Shown piece after piece: positions 45,748 to 55,900 of a stretch of 55,900 nucleotides of DNA (its first letter is position 1; every line of letters begins with the position of its first letter). Both the position numbers and the translations under genes were made by a program. This DNA comes from an uncultured bacterium. GTDB taxonomy: Bacteria; Verrucomicrobiota; Verrucomicrobiia; Verrucomicrobiales; DEV007. The stretch spans positions 1 to 55,900 of the forward strand of contig CAXBMO010000034.1 of assembly GCA_963977015.1 (NCBI GenBank). The letters are read 5' to 3'. Under the pieces are notes generated by a model. The model did not search any database, was not told the DNA's origin, and saw nothing but the letters and a program-made list of their open reading frames with translations.

Positions 45748-46302
45748 ATGAGACTCACTCCCCTAATTTGCACGTTCATCTGTGTTTTTGTGAGTATTGG
45801 CTTATCCAACCATGCCTATGCTCAGCAGTTTGCTCGGAAAACCATCAATCCGGGTGATCAGCTAACGGTCACGGTTTTTGGGCATCCCGACCTGTCGATC
45901 GATACGAAGGTTGACTTGTCGGGTGGGTTTTCAATTCCGGTTCTCGGGCGGATTGAAACCTCTGGTAAGACCATTATGGAGGTCCATCAGGTTGTGAATG
46001 AGAAGTTGAAGGACTACCTTACGAATGCGGAGGCAATCGTCTTTTTCTCAGGTTACTCCAATTTCACGATGGTAAATGTGGCTGGGGAGGTGCAGAACCC
46101 GGGTACAGTGTTCTTTGACGAAGGGGAGTGGCCAAATGTATTGGCCGCTATTTCTCATGCAGGCGGTAGTGTGAACGCCAATCCGACCGTCAAGGTATCT
46201 CGAAACAATAGAACGATTTTTGAAGGGTCGCTTCGTTCGATCAGGGATGGGAGTCGATCCCGAATCACGATCCAGTCAAACGATTTGATTTTGGTTCATT
46301 AG
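45748..46302 (+). CDS. Short polysaccharide biosynthesis/export protein (Poly_export + SLBB)
   Basis: Signal peptide, INPGDQL.VTVFG.PDL, VAGEVQNPG. Confidence 0.85.
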   Translation: MRLTPLICTFICVFVSIGLSNHAYAQQFARKTINPGDQLTVTVFGHPDLSIDTKVDLSGGFSIPVLGRIETSGKTIMEVHQVVNEKLKDYLTNAEAIVFFSGYSNFTMVNVAGEVQNPGTVFFDEGEWPNVLAAISHAGGSVNANPTVKVSRNNRTIFEGSLRSIRDGSRSRITIQSNDLILVH

Positions 46303-46373
46303 GGTGGGGAACTTTTTCTCAGGTTGGAAATTTCCCTGTAGCCGCGAGTTTCAAAGTCTAGACGTCTGAATAC

Positions 46374-48359
46374 ATGCCTATGAGTACTGAGAGGAGAGAG
46401 TCTGAAGAGGAGTTGGTCGATCTGACTCAGGTTATTCAGAAGCTCATTCGAGAGAAGCTCTTTGTGATTGTTGGGGCCATTGCTGGAGCGGTTTTGGGTG
46501 TCATTTATTATGTGGCGAACCCTTTGTACGGTGCCGTGTCGACGTTGGAAATTCGGCCGGATACCGATGAAATCTTCGGAAAAACGTTGTCCAGCGGTGA
46601 TTTGGCAATTGCCGCAATCAAGGAGGCAGATATGGCGACGGCCGCAGCCAAATTAACGCGAGCATCATTCCTTACCAGTGTGGCACTGCATCCCGACATT
46701 GTTTCGTGTCAAAACTTCATCTTGAAGGGAAAAGTAGGAAAAAAGTTTGTCGCGGGAAAAGAACTGACACAGGAAGAGCGTACGGACGTGCTTATGGGGT
46801 GGGTGGGTTCGAAAAGGATAGTCGTCGAGCCGAGGCAAGACATGTTTTTGATCGACATAATAGTCGAGCATCCCGATGCGAGAACATCTTCGATCATTGC
46901 CAATACATTCCACAAAGTAGCCCTCGTCGAAGCTGATGCTACCCGTGGTCTAGAAACGAATTATCTTATCGACGAGTTGGTTAGTGATTACGAAGAGTTG
47001 GGAAAATCGGTCAATCTTGCCAGGTCGCAGTTGAGCCTGTATGACGACGCTCGAAGACTGAAAGAGGATATTCTGGAAGCTCGTTCAGAAATTAGTATCC
47101 TGGCCAGCGAATATAAAAACAAACATCCGGTTATGATGGCGGCTATGGAGAAGGTGGTGCAGTTGGATGAGCAAATTGTTAGGGAAATTTCCAAGCTTGG
47201 GAAGCAGCCCTCGGAGCAAATATATTGGAAATCTGTCCCCGGATTTCAGGAAGCGATTGATCTGGCTGGGCTTGAAAAGCAGGCCGCTACTGCTGCAGAG
47301 AAGCTGATTCCCTTTCTTGATGCGCGGCTTTCGTTTCTTGATGCCGAATTTAAAACATTGGCGCAGACTTATGATCGAGTGGTTTCTGAGGCTGCTTCAG
47401 TTCAAATTGCCAATGACTCAGCCTCGGGGAATCTCAAATCTTTCCAGCTCGCAACTTTTGAAGGTAGCCGGGCAGGCTTAAGCCCTGTCATTATTTTGGC
47501 TCTTGGGGTTATACTTGGAACTTGCGTTGGTGTTGGAGTTGCTTTGCTTCGCGCGTTTGTTCTCAGAAAAGGGATTTGTAATACGCTGGAATGGTCCCAA
47601 AATTTTGAGCTGCCCGTGGTCGGAGAGTTATTGGAGCTTGAAGGGTTGCAACTCAATCCTTGGCAGTTGGCTGGATCCACTTCAGAGGATGCAAGCCATT
47701 ACCGTCAGGCAGAGACGATTCGATCCATTAGGGCGCATATTACGCTGATGGGGAGAGGGTCTGAAAAAAGAAGGTTACTGGTAACAAGTGCGCTTCCCGA
47801 AGAGGGGAAGACGACTCTCTCTACAAGCCTTGCGCTATCATTCGCTCGATTAAAGACTCCGACTCTGTTGGTTGATTTGGATCTTCGAAAACCGTCAGTT
47901 CATCAAGTTCTAGGGTTGCCAAACGAGCAAGGTATGACGGATTTGTTGCTTGGGCGAATCAATGGTAAGGATGCCATCCAGGAGCTCGAAGGAGGGACAC
48001 TTCACGTTATCACTGCTGGGCAGTTGATTGCCGAGGCACCAGAACTGCTATCGTCGGGGAAATTAGATGCTGTTCTTGCTGATCTAAGGACGTCGTATGA
48101 GTGGATAATTTTTGATTCCGCACCCTTTCTGTCTGTATCCGACACAAAATTGATTGCTCCGTACGCAGACTACACGCTTCTTACGGTAAGAGCTAATCGT
48201 ACTGAGCTACCCTCAATCGAGACAACTCTTAAAGGATTGAACGAGTCAGGAACCCAAACAGCTGGGGCGGTAATAAACTTTGTCCATACCTCAGATGTAA
48301 AATCTGCGCAATCAAGTTATGCTTATGGGTATGGTTATGGATTAACGAGTGTTCAATAG
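46374..48359 (+). CDS. wzc: Polysaccharide co-polymerase tyrosine kinase
   Basis: Two TMs, PEEGKTT, LVDLDLRKP, IFDSAP, C-terminal YAYGYGY cluster. Confidence 0.92.
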   Translation: MPMSTERRESEEELVDLTQVIQKLIREKLFVIVGAIAGAVLGVIYYVANPLYGAVSTLEIRPDTDEIFGKTLSSGDLAIAAIKEADMATAAAKLTRASFLTSVALHPDIVSCQNFILKGKVGKKFVAGKELTQEERTDVLMGWVGSKRIVVEPRQDMFLIDIIVEHPDARTSSIIANTFHKVALVEADATRGLETNYLIDELVSDYEELGKSVNLARSQLSLYDDARRLKEDILEARSEISILASEYKNKHPVMMAAMEKVVQLDEQIVREISKLGKQPSEQIYWKSVPGFQEAIDLAGLEKQAATAAEKLIPFLDARLSFLDAEFKTLAQTYDRVVSEAASVQIANDSASGNLKSFQLATFEGSRAGLSPVIILALGVILGTCVGVGVALLRAFVLRKGICNTLEWSQNFELPVVGELLELEGLQLNPWQLAGSTSEDASHYRQAETIRSIRAHITLMGRGSEKRRLLVTSALPEEGKTTLSTSLALSFARLKTPTLLVDLDLRKPSVHQVLGLPNEQGMTDLLLGRINGKDAIQELEGGTLHVITAGQLIAEAPELLSSGKLDAVLADLRTSYEWIIFDSAPFLSVSDTKLIAPYADYTLLTVRANRTELPSIETTLKGLNESGTQTAGAVINFVHTSDVKSAQSSYAYGYGYGLTSVQ

Positions 48360-48448
48360 CCTGTCTTGAATGAGCAATCTTGCAGAGAGAGAAAGCAAAG
48401 TTTGGATCGCCAATTTCTAGGGTGATCCCACGAGAAACCTGAAACGAG

Positions 48449-49696
48449 ATGAATAGATCAATTTCACTTACTTCCCCAAATCATTCTGTATCTCACGTGC
48501 AAAAGGATACTGAATCTGCTTCCAGCGATATCTCAGGCATGCCGAAAGAAGGGGGGGCAGAAGTGCCAAGGAAGAATGTTGTGCGTCCGCTCATCGTGCA
48601 TGACTATTTGATCCAGATGGGGGGAGCAGAGCGAGTTGTTGCTCTCATTGCAAAGGCGTTTCCAGATGCGCAAATTGTCACGAGCGCGACCAAGTATGAT
48701 ACCATATTCCCAGAGTTCTACGGAAAGCGGATCAAGAATACATGGATGCAGCGTATTCCAGGGATCGAGAAGCGTTTTAAAGCTCTTTTTCCTCTGTACC
48801 CTTTTGCCTTCAAGGCATTGGGAAAACTTGATGCTGACATTGTGTGGATGAGCAGCAGCGGGTTCGCGAAATGGGCCAACTTTACGAAATCGACGGAGGT
48901 TTTCTGCTATTGTCACACGCCTCCTCGCTTTTTTTGGCAGCCAGAGAACTATCTTCCTCATGAAATTTCGAATCCGATTGTGCGCCGACTGGTGAGTGCG
49001 ATCATGCCTGTATTCCGATTGGCAGATTACCGCGCTGCTCAGAGGATTACGCACTTCATTGCCAATTCCAATATGGTGAAGGAAAGAATCCGGGAATTCT
49101 ATGGGCGAGAATCCGTTGTGATCTACCCTCCCGTCAATGTTAACCGTTTTACGGTTTCTCATGACTCAGAGGATTTCTATCTGATCGTTTCGCGGCTTGT
49201 TGGGTACAAAGCCATTGATCGGGCTGTTGAGGGACTTTCGAAGCTCGGTAAACGGCTGATTATCATTGGGGATGGCCCGGATCGCGGGCGATTGCAGTCA
49301 ATGGCGGGGCCTACTGTAGAGTTCAAGGGGCGTCTTTCCGATGAGGAGGTGACGTGGCACATGCGCAACTGTTACGCGTTTGTCTTTCCTGGACTGGAGG
49401 ACTTCGGAATTACACCTGTAGAGGCTCAGGCCTGCGGTAAGCCAGTTCTGGCATTTGGTGCGGGCGGTGCGCTTGAGACTGTAGTGGCCAAAGAGACTGG
49501 ATTGTTCTTTGATGAGCCCAATGCCGAAAGTCTAGCTTCTGTAGTCCCGAAATTCGAAGCTCAGACATGGGATTCAAAGAAGATTAGAGAAAATGCCGAG
49601 GAATTTTCGGAAGAAGTATTCTTGAAGCGGATGATTTCCTACATGGAAGAAAAATCCAACCTGAGTTTGGGGGAATTTGATATTAATGAACGGTGA
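48449..49696 (+). CDS. Glycosyltransferase family 4
   Basis: HDYLIQMGGAERV, YCHTPPR, EDFGITPVEAQACG. Confidence 0.93.
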   Translation: MNRSISLTSPNHSVSHVQKDTESASSDISGMPKEGGAEVPRKNVVRPLIVHDYLIQMGGAERVVALIAKAFPDAQIVTSATKYDTIFPEFYGKRIKNTWMQRIPGIEKRFKALFPLYPFAFKALGKLDADIVWMSSSGFAKWANFTKSTEVFCYCHTPPRFFWQPENYLPHEISNPIVRRLVSAIMPVFRLADYRAAQRITHFIANSNMVKERIREFYGRESVVIYPPVNVNRFTVSHDSEDFYLIVSRLVGYKAIDRAVEGLSKLGKRLIIIGDGPDRGRLQSMAGPTVEFKGRLSDEEVTWHMRNCYAFVFPGLEDFGITPVEAQACGKPVLAFGAGGALETVVAKETGLFFDEPNAESLASVVPKFEAQTWDSKKIRENAEEFSEEVFLKRMISYMEEKSNLSLGEFDINER

Positions 49697-51014
49697 TCAA
49701 CATGGGGGAGCTGCTGGTCGTAATGCAAAAAAGCTTACAAAGTCCCTGATCAGAAACGAAGGAGAGTTTTTCCTAATTCAAGGGTTTTCACTCCTTTTCA
49801 CGCTTGTTGCCGGGTTTATCCTGATCAGAAATTTGGGAATTGTGGGATATGGGCAATATGTTCTCATGATAGCGATGGGGCAAATGCTCAACGCTCTAGG
49901 GAATTCAGGCTTGTTCATAGGAGCTTCTGAACTACTGGCGAAGTCGGATAAAACGGATCTTACGGTATCGAAGCTGTTTAGCGCGATGGCTCATTTGCGC
50001 CTGAGGTACACCTTGATTGCAGCAATTGCTGTCTTTGGTGTTGCGGTTGTTCTCCTTTTTAGGCTCGGGATTACCTCTTACTCTCTGATTTGGGCGGTAA
50101 TTGCTTCTCTTTGCTACGGCGGGGCATTAGTTTTCTGTTCACTCTTTTCGGAGGGGTTCATGTTGCTTGGTGAAGGGAAACTGGTTTCTAGATTCGACGC
50201 GGGGTTCGGTGTGGTTTCTGCTTTATCCAGTGTGATCACATCGTCAATTTTTGGAAATGGCGTTATTGTTCTCTTCTTTTTGGCATCGGTTGAGGTTGTG
50301 AGGGCGGTAACCACTCGCTCCCGCCTCTATGCTCGGCTTGGTCACCCGTTGCCACCGGGGGCCGCGGAGGTCGCCTTTCTTAAGAAGAGTTTTTGGTCGC
50401 TTCTTCCCAATGTGACGTTCTCTACAATCCGGACTGAGTTTGTAAAATTTGTTCTCTCGATTCAGGGGCAAGCAGCGACTTTAGGTGCGTTTGTTGGCAT
50501 GCGAAGGTTTGGGAGAGCGATGGCTCCTCTTTATAAATACCTAAGTATTGCGGTTGTTCCAAAGTTGACGAGAGCTGACGATAAGCAGAGATACGTAAAA
50601 ATCTGCGTTCGCTCGATCTGTTTTTTGCTTCCGCCTGTTCTCATCCTTCTCGGGTTTTGTTACCAGTTTCCATCGTTCCTTCTTGGATTGTTGGGGCCAG
50701 AATTCGCAACCTATCAAGCAGAGTTGCGATTGATAGGTTGGCTGATTCTTGCAGATCTTGCGCTTCGGTTCTTCTTTGATATTACGCGTTCTAGAGGTTG
50801 GTTGTATTACCATAAACGTTATGAGATCATTGGGTTTGTAATGGTCTTTTTCGCAAGTTTGTTGTTTCTCAATATGGCTGAGCTCAGCGGCGTGATCTAC
50901 ATGAATCTATTTGTTCTGATCATGTCAATGCTTCTGGCATTCTTGGATCTGGGTCGTGGATTGAAAGAATTTGAAATCGGGCAGGTTCGCGGTTTTCAGG
51001 TTGATTCACCCTGA
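49686..51014 (+). CDS. wzx: Oligosaccharide flippase
   Basis: About 12 TM helices, RNLG..GYGQY pattern, locus context. Confidence 0.7.
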   Translation: MNGDQHGGAAGRNAKKLTKSLIRNEGEFFLIQGFSLLFTLVAGFILIRNLGIVGYGQYVLMIAMGQMLNALGNSGLFIGASELLAKSDKTDLTVSKLFSAMAHLRLRYTLIAAIAVFGVAVVLLFRLGITSYSLIWAVIASLCYGGALVFCSLFSEGFMLLGEGKLVSRFDAGFGVVSALSSVITSSIFGNGVIVLFFLASVEVVRAVTTRSRLYARLGHPLPPGAAEVAFLKKSFWSLLPNVTFSTIRTEFVKFVLSIQGQAATLGAFVGMRRFGRAMAPLYKYLSIAVVPKLTRADDKQRYVKICVRSICFLLPPVLILLGFCYQFPSFLLGLLGPEFATYQAELRLIGWLILADLALRFFFDITRSRGWLYYHKRYEIIGFVMVFFASLLFLNMAELSGVIYMNLFVLIMSMLLAFLDLGRGLKEFEIGQVRGFQVDSP

Positions 51015-51051
51015 GCGTAGCAATATTTCCGTTCTAACGATAGGCAGATTG

Positions 51052-52326
51052 GTGAAAGTCGTAATACCTCAAATAGGGCCGTTCTATGAAAGACTGCTGC
51101 TCTACATCATGTTTTCGGCACTCTTTACCCGTGTGTTGTTTGAAGTAGGGCTTGGGATGGAGCCAAAAGTGCTGAATCAACAGCGGCAATTGATGTTCTA
51201 TGGGATGCTTGCTCTCGATTATGGATGGCAATTCATGAATTGGCGGAGAATAAGGATTACTATCAGTCGGGTAAATCCGATTATTCCGTTGTTAATCGTC
51301 ATGATTCTTCATGGCGTGGTAATTGGGCTTTGGTCTTCCAACTCAAAGAGCAGGATTCTGATTGATACGGCAAATGTTGTAGTCGTTCTGTTTAACCTTA
51401 TTCTTTTGGCTGATCCTCGATCATTTAGGGATTTCAGCTTCAAGCGGTTGGAAAAATGGACCTATCTTTTCAGTGTGCTTATGCTCATGTCCGGGCTTGT
51501 GGCCATGGTCGTCAATTCTAAGTCCTCACCCAATTTGGGGAGCTCGGTGTCGACGGCTGTGGCGATGGTTATTCTCTGTGTTGGGTTGCTTATTGCTCGT
51601 AACAAGAATGCCCATTTTTACAAATTCGTCGCGGTAGGATTGATTATTGGTTTTACAATGTCGACCTGGAATAGGACAACCATGGCATTCTTGCTCCTAT
51701 TTCTCATAATTTACGTCGGCCGAAATATTGTGGTCCGCCCGTCAAGAGTGATGATGATTGTGTTGTTTGCGCTTTTTGGGGGCGTGACTGCTGTGACGTT
51801 CATTCCCGCGGACAGTAAAGTAGCGCAACGTGTTTCCGGTCTCCAGAATATCGATTTGTCCTCGCGTACTGGCTCGATTGGAGAACGGCAGGCTGAGTTG
51901 GATGCAATCAAAGTCAAGATTGAGAACATGGGGTTGATGGGCAAGATTTTTGGTGCAGGCCACGGCGCTTCCTATGACGTCAAATACACATGGAATTGGA
52001 AAAGGGACTACTCAAATGCTCACTATGGTTGGGCTCTTTTCTATCTTCGATGGGGATATTTAGGTTATTTATATCTAATTTTGTGGGTTGCGTTTCTGTT
52101 GGTGGCCTCGGGGCGTTTCATTCTCTCATCGCGTCCCGAGCGACTGATTGTTTCACTTCTAGCTCTGTATACCCTTGGTTACGTTGGTACCTATGCCTAT
52201 TTTCTGTTCTTTATCGCAGGGATTCCGTTTATTTTGCCTCCATTGAGGCGCTCGGAAATTGGAGGGGTGGAGTTGGAATCTGACCAGCAGGGTTTGATTC
52301 CTCCGTTAAGTAATCAAGAAGTGTAG
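51052..52326 (+). CDS. wzy: Polysaccharide polymerase / O-antigen ligase-like membrane protein
   Basis: Multi-TM protein, WNRT, periplasmic loop with FGAGHG and AHYG; start uncertain. Confidence 0.7.
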   Translation: MKVVIPQIGPFYERLLLYIMFSALFTRVLFEVGLGMEPKVLNQQRQLMFYGMLALDYGWQFMNWRRIRITISRVNPIIPLLIVMILHGVVIGLWSSNSKSRILIDTANVVVVLFNLILLADPRSFRDFSFKRLEKWTYLFSVLMLMSGLVAMVVNSKSSPNLGSSVSTAVAMVILCVGLLIARNKNAHFYKFVAVGLIIGFTMSTWNRTTMAFLLLFLIIYVGRNIVVRPSRVMMIVLFALFGGVTAVTFIPADSKVAQRVSGLQNIDLSSRTGSIGERQAELDAIKVKIENMGLMGKIFGAGHGASYDVKYTWNWKRDYSNAHYGWALFYLRWGYLGYLYLILWVAFLLVASGRFILSSRPERLIVSLLALYTLGYVGTYAYFLFFIAGIPFILPPLRRSEIGGVELESDQQGLIPPLSNQEV

Positions 52327-52448
52327 GCTTGATGGATTATCACAAATAGTCCTTTCGGATTCTGAGGATTCTGGTAAATTTGTCTATCGCGATATTAAGC
52401 TGCCGTTCTGATTGTGGGTGGCGAACAAACTTCAACGTAGGTAAATTC

Positions 52449-53624
52449 TTGATTCTTTTTGTTGATCAAACCGGGGCTCTTGGAGGTGCTGAGTTGAGCC
52501 TGCTCGACCTTTCCTCTGAGTTTAGAGCGGAGTCTAGGGTCTTGCTGTTTAAGGACGGGCCGTTTCGGGAGAGGCTTGAAGAGGCTGGGGTTGAGGTTTC
52601 GGTGTGCGATTCATCGATGGACTCAGTTCGAAGGAGTGCGGGAATTTTTAGTGCAGGGGTTGCACTTGGGGCTCTGGTGAATCCCGTTCGCGAAGTGCTT
52701 CGATTGTCAGAGGCGAGTGGTGTGGTTTATCCGAATACGCAGAAGGCTGCATTCGTATCGTTTCTTGCTGCCGCGCTAAGCGGCCGAAGTACGGTATGGC
52801 ATTTGCGGGACATCATAACCAGTCCCCACTTCAGTTCGTTCAATCGGCGGTTAATTGTCTATATGGCAAATTCTTACTGTGTTCATGTGATTGCGAACTC
52901 ACAGGCCACCTTGGATGCGTTTCGTGAGGCTGGTGGTCGGTGCAATGCATCGGTGGTCTATAACGGTCTTAAGGAGGAAAAATTTGAAGCTGGCAGAGAA
53001 GAGTCATCGGTGTGGAGGGCGCGATTGGGGCTTCCTGATGCTACAACGGTTGGGATTTTTGGAAGACTGGCAGAATGGAAAGGTCAACTTCAGTTTGTTG
53101 AGGCACTCGCGGAATGTGACGGTTTGCGTGGCTTGATCGTCGGCGAAGCCCTGTTTGACGGTGACGATGCCTATGCTGAGCAGGTAAAGAATAGAGTGTC
53201 CGAGCTCGGGGTTGAGGATAGAGTGTCCTTTCTTGGGTTTCGAGATGATGTTCCTCAGGTTATGGCTGCATGTGATGCGATTGTGCATGCGTCGACTGAC
53301 CCAGAGCCGTTTGGTCGTGTCATTGTGGAGGCGATGTTGAGTCGGCGCCCGATAGTCGCGACGAGGGGGGGAGGGGCGACAGAGTTGGTTGGCGAGCACA
53401 ATGAGCGGGGGATATTGGTCGATGGTGGAGATGTTGCTCAACTCCGAGATGCCATGAAAATGGTTTCGGAAAGGTCTGAAACTCGCGACAGAATTGTTGC
53501 GGATGGATTGGAGTTTGCTCGGGGGAACTGCTCCCTGGAAGAGACGGTGAGGAAAGTTCGAGATATACTCGAAGTGTACGGGGATATTACAGAAATTGAG
53601 AACGAAATATTGGCTTCATCATAG
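52449..53624 (+). CDS. Glycosyltransferase family 4
   Basis: LGGAELSL, GRL..WKG, EPFGRVIVEAM; start uncertain. Confidence 0.92.
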   Translation: MILFVDQTGALGGAELSLLDLSSEFRAESRVLLFKDGPFRERLEEAGVEVSVCDSSMDSVRRSAGIFSAGVALGALVNPVREVLRLSEASGVVYPNTQKAAFVSFLAAALSGRSTVWHLRDIITSPHFSSFNRRLIVYMANSYCVHVIANSQATLDAFREAGGRCNASVVYNGLKEEKFEAGREESSVWRARLGLPDATTVGIFGRLAEWKGQLQFVEALAECDGLRGLIVGEALFDGDDAYAEQVKNRVSELGVEDRVSFLGFRDDVPQVMAACDAIVHASTDPEPFGRVIVEAMLSRRPIVATRGGGATELVGEHNERGILVDGGDVAQLRDAMKMVSERSETRDRIVADGLEFARGNCSLEETVRKVRDILEVYGDITEIENEILASS

Positions 53625-53626
53625 AA

Positions 53627-54562
53627 ATGGTCATGAAACATCACAGAATGCCGAATCTCTACCTGTCAGGAGTCGAGAAAGCGGGAACATCGTTCTTATA
53701 CGATTTGATCGCACAGCACTCGCAAATTTTTGCACCGAAGGTCAAGGAGCCTCGAGTGTTTCTTGAAGGAATATGGAATGATAAGGGGGATATGAGCTGG
53801 GGGGAGTACGAGGAATTGTATAGAGCTGTGGAAGGTGAGCGATATATTCTTGATGGGTCGCCGCTCTATTTTTACTACGAAGAGGCGATGCGCCGAATTT
53901 CGGAAGAAGCCAATGGTGAAGCCACGATGATTGTGGTGCTGAGAGATCCGATTAGCAGGGCCTATTCTCATTACCAAATGATGCTTACGCTTGGGAGTGT
54001 TCCACGCCTATCATTTTCTGAGTTGTTCTCTCGTTCGACGAACGAGGATCATGAAGAGTTTGAGTCCACAGCCCCGTACAGGCATTTGTTTTCACGAAGC
54101 CTTTATCATAAAAGCCTAGAAGCAGCGTATTCCATTTTCTCGCAAGAACAGGTTTTGTGCTTGGTTTTTGAAGAGCTAAAGCAAGATTGGGTGACGGGGT
54201 GTAGGCAGATTTTTGAATTTCTAGGCCTGGAGAATGAATCTGTTGACTTGAATTCAAGTCGGAGAAATACGGGGTACGGGGTGAAGGGAAGTGTTGGGCG
54301 GTCTCTTGTTTCAATGGCTCTAAAGTGTGGCCGTCCGTTGAAGCAGATTATTCCCGTAGGTGTATATGATCGGATGAAAACCAGCGTGATGCGTTCAGGG
54401 GAATTATTAAGCAAGCTGGAACCTACTCCAGAACTTGATGACTGGGAGCTTCTGGAAGAGATGAAAAGTTACTATGCTGACGATGTGGATAATCTTGCGG
54501 AAATTCTAGGGGGAAGGCCTGCGTGGCTACTGCAAGAAGAGGTGACAATGAATGGTCTCTGA
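53627..54562 (+). CDS. PAPS-dependent sulfotransferase
   Basis: 5'-PSB KAGTS, KEP, 3'-PB LRDPISRAYS. Confidence 0.92.
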   Translation: MVMKHHRMPNLYLSGVEKAGTSFLYDLIAQHSQIFAPKVKEPRVFLEGIWNDKGDMSWGEYEELYRAVEGERYILDGSPLYFYYEEAMRRISEEANGEATMIVVLRDPISRAYSHYQMMLTLGSVPRLSFSELFSRSTNEDHEEFESTAPYRHLFSRSLYHKSLEAAYSIFSQEQVLCLVFEELKQDWVTGCRQIFEFLGLENESVDLNSSRRNTGYGVKGSVGRSLVSMALKCGRPLKQIIPVGVYDRMKTSVMRSGELLSKLEPTPELDDWELLEEMKSYYADDVDNLAEILGGRPAWLLQEEVTMNGL

Positions 54563-54714
54563 AAAGGTGATGCAGAGGTGTGAAAATGACGCGTTTCTAC
54601 CTGCGAACTGGTCTTTCTTTGATCTTGAGAGAAGTAGCAATTAGTGTCCAATTGCATCCATAATAATATGTATAGCAAGGTTGAGATTTTTATTTAATAT
54701 GGCAGTTTTGAATT

Positions 54715-55581
54715 ATGGCTGACGTCGACTTTTCTCTCGTTGTATCAACCCGTGGTCGAGTTGATGATATTGAAAAACTTTTTGAGTCCCTTCAAAAACA
54801 ACTCCCTCAGACATTTGAGTTGATATTGGTCGATCAAAATGATGATGATATATTGGATGATCTTGTGGAGAAATTTTCTTCCGTTTTCCCAATTAAACAT
54901 CACAAAGTGGAGTTTAGAGGTCCTGGAAGAGGGCGAGCTTATGGTATGAGGATTGCAGAGGGGAGGATCGTTGCGTGGCCTGACGATGATTGTATTTATG
55001 AAGAGGGGGTATTGGAGAAAGTGAGCAATTTTTTCAATGAAAATCCGGAATATGCTCTTTTTAGTGCGGCTTGCTATGACATTGACAACCGTGACGATCT
55101 TGGGATTGGTAACCAGAGGTCAGATGCTGCTGAATTTTCACGAATCAACCTGTATGGGATCGAGTTCACTTTGTTCTTCAATTTGAAAAAGATTGATGTT
55201 GAAGAGCACCCGCTGGATGAAGACTTTGGGTTTTGCGCAAAGTATCGCTGCTCCGAAGGGACTGATTATGTTTTTAGCCTCATGAAAGCCGGCTTTAAGG
55301 GGCGCTACGATCCGTCGGCAAAGATATACCATAAAACGAGGAGCACTCAGGAGATTTTGGATAAGTCTTTCAACTATGCCTTCGGAGAGGGGGCGAGTAT
55401 TTCAAAACATTTGAGGCAGGGTGATTTGGCGGCGTTTTATCACTTTGTGAGAAAGATGATTGTGGCTCCGGTGACCAAGATTCTGATGAGTGCGCTGCTG
55501 TTTCGCCGCGTGCCGCTTATCGCAAATACCCGGCGGTTGTCTGGGATCTGGTCGGGCTTCTACAGTTTTGAAGCAAAGTAA
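54715..55581 (+). CDS. Glycosyltransferase family 2
   Basis: SLVVST.GR, ILVDQN, PDDD motif. Confidence 0.9.
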   Translation: MADVDFSLVVSTRGRVDDIEKLFESLQKQLPQTFELILVDQNDDDILDDLVEKFSSVFPIKHHKVEFRGPGRGRAYGMRIAEGRIVAWPDDDCIYEEGVLEKVSNFFNENPEYALFSAACYDIDNRDDLGIGNQRSDAAEFSRINLYGIEFTLFFNLKKIDVEEHPLDEDFGFCAKYRCSEGTDYVFSLMKAGFKGRYDPSAKIYHKTRSTQEILDKSFNYAFGEGASISKHLRQGDLAAFYHFVRKMIVAPVTKILMSALLFRRVPLIANTRRLSGIWSGFYSFEAK

Positions 55582-55660
55582 CATCGGCTGCACGTTTCCG
55601 AGAGAAGCGGCTGGTTTGCGGGATGATTTCAGGGGGCGCTCCAAACGCTCCACGGTGTAT

Positions 55661-55840
55661 TCATAATGCTGCGTCGTTCTGCACCGAGAGATCGGCCACA
55701 ACCCGTTTGAGGCGAGCGTTCTCTTCTTCCAAAGCTCGCAGCCTCCGAGCTTCGCTCACATCCATCCCACCATACTTGCGCTTCTAGGCGTAATAGGTGG
55801 GTTCGCTGATGTTGTGCGTGGCGCACACCGCTTTGACGGT
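55661..55840 (-). pseudogene. IS3-family (IS407-like) transposase OrfA fragment with internal stop
   Basis: TVKAVCATHNISEPTYYA*KRKYGGMDVSEARRLRALEEENARLKRVVADL; TAG at 55786..55784 replaces the conserved Trp. Confidence 0.85.
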
Positions 55841-55845
55841 GCTAC

Positions 55846-55873
55846 TGACCTGATCCAGAAACCTGGACACCTC
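55846..55873 (+). mobile_element. Probable terminal inverted repeat of a second IS3-family element running off the window
   Basis: TGACCTGATCCAGAAACCTGGACACCTC (TG start and TGGACAC core typical of IS3 IRs) located where the OrfA fragment is truncated. Confidence 0.55.
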
Positions 55874-55900
55874 AAAACGATAGTTCTGCTAGGATTTGGT

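Overview
Bacterial chromosomal accessory region. GC-rich for about 44 kb, then visibly more AT-rich. Gene content suggests Verrucomicrobiota/PVC, but this is inference only. (1) 0.3-9.7 kb: two tandem universal stress proteins, an NAD-linked formate dehydrogenase (fused FdsG/B plus FdsA) and a formate/nitrite channel. These are followed in the same operon by an unannotated 462-aa protein carrying archaeo-eukaryotic primase (AEP) catalytic motifs fused to a PriL-like 4-Cys domain, translationally coupled to an AP-endonuclease-2/xylose-isomerase TIM barrel. (2) 9.7-28.7 kb: a multi-kinase signalling cluster with a FixL-type heme-PAS kinase, two HisKA_3 kinases, two stand-alone receivers and two NarL regulators, plus FtsH, a CmpX/MscS-like protein, solo DUF35-OB, DUF4062 and Trypco2 domain genes, a cytochrome c and a Pat acetyltransferase. 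A recurring, consistently oriented intergenic motif (G)TACG-N7-CCTA lies upstream of seven of these genes and suggests a DosR-like low-oxygen regulon. A 203-bp MITE sits upstream of one kinase. (3) 28.9-44.3 kb: stress/detox modules (SigZ-ArsI; TetR-OsmC lacking both Cys-PNPOx; ArsR-rhodanese-persulfide dioxygenase-TauE; ADH/XRE/SulP), a TIR-repeat-TM-FGE protein, an HDAC-family deacetylase and a CtBP-like dehydrogenase. (4) 44.4-55.6 kb: a Wzy-dependent, probably sulfated, capsule/EPS locus, ending in nested IS3-family remnants. No rRNA, tRNA or CRISPR array was seen. All calls come from motif recognition by eye; no searches were run.
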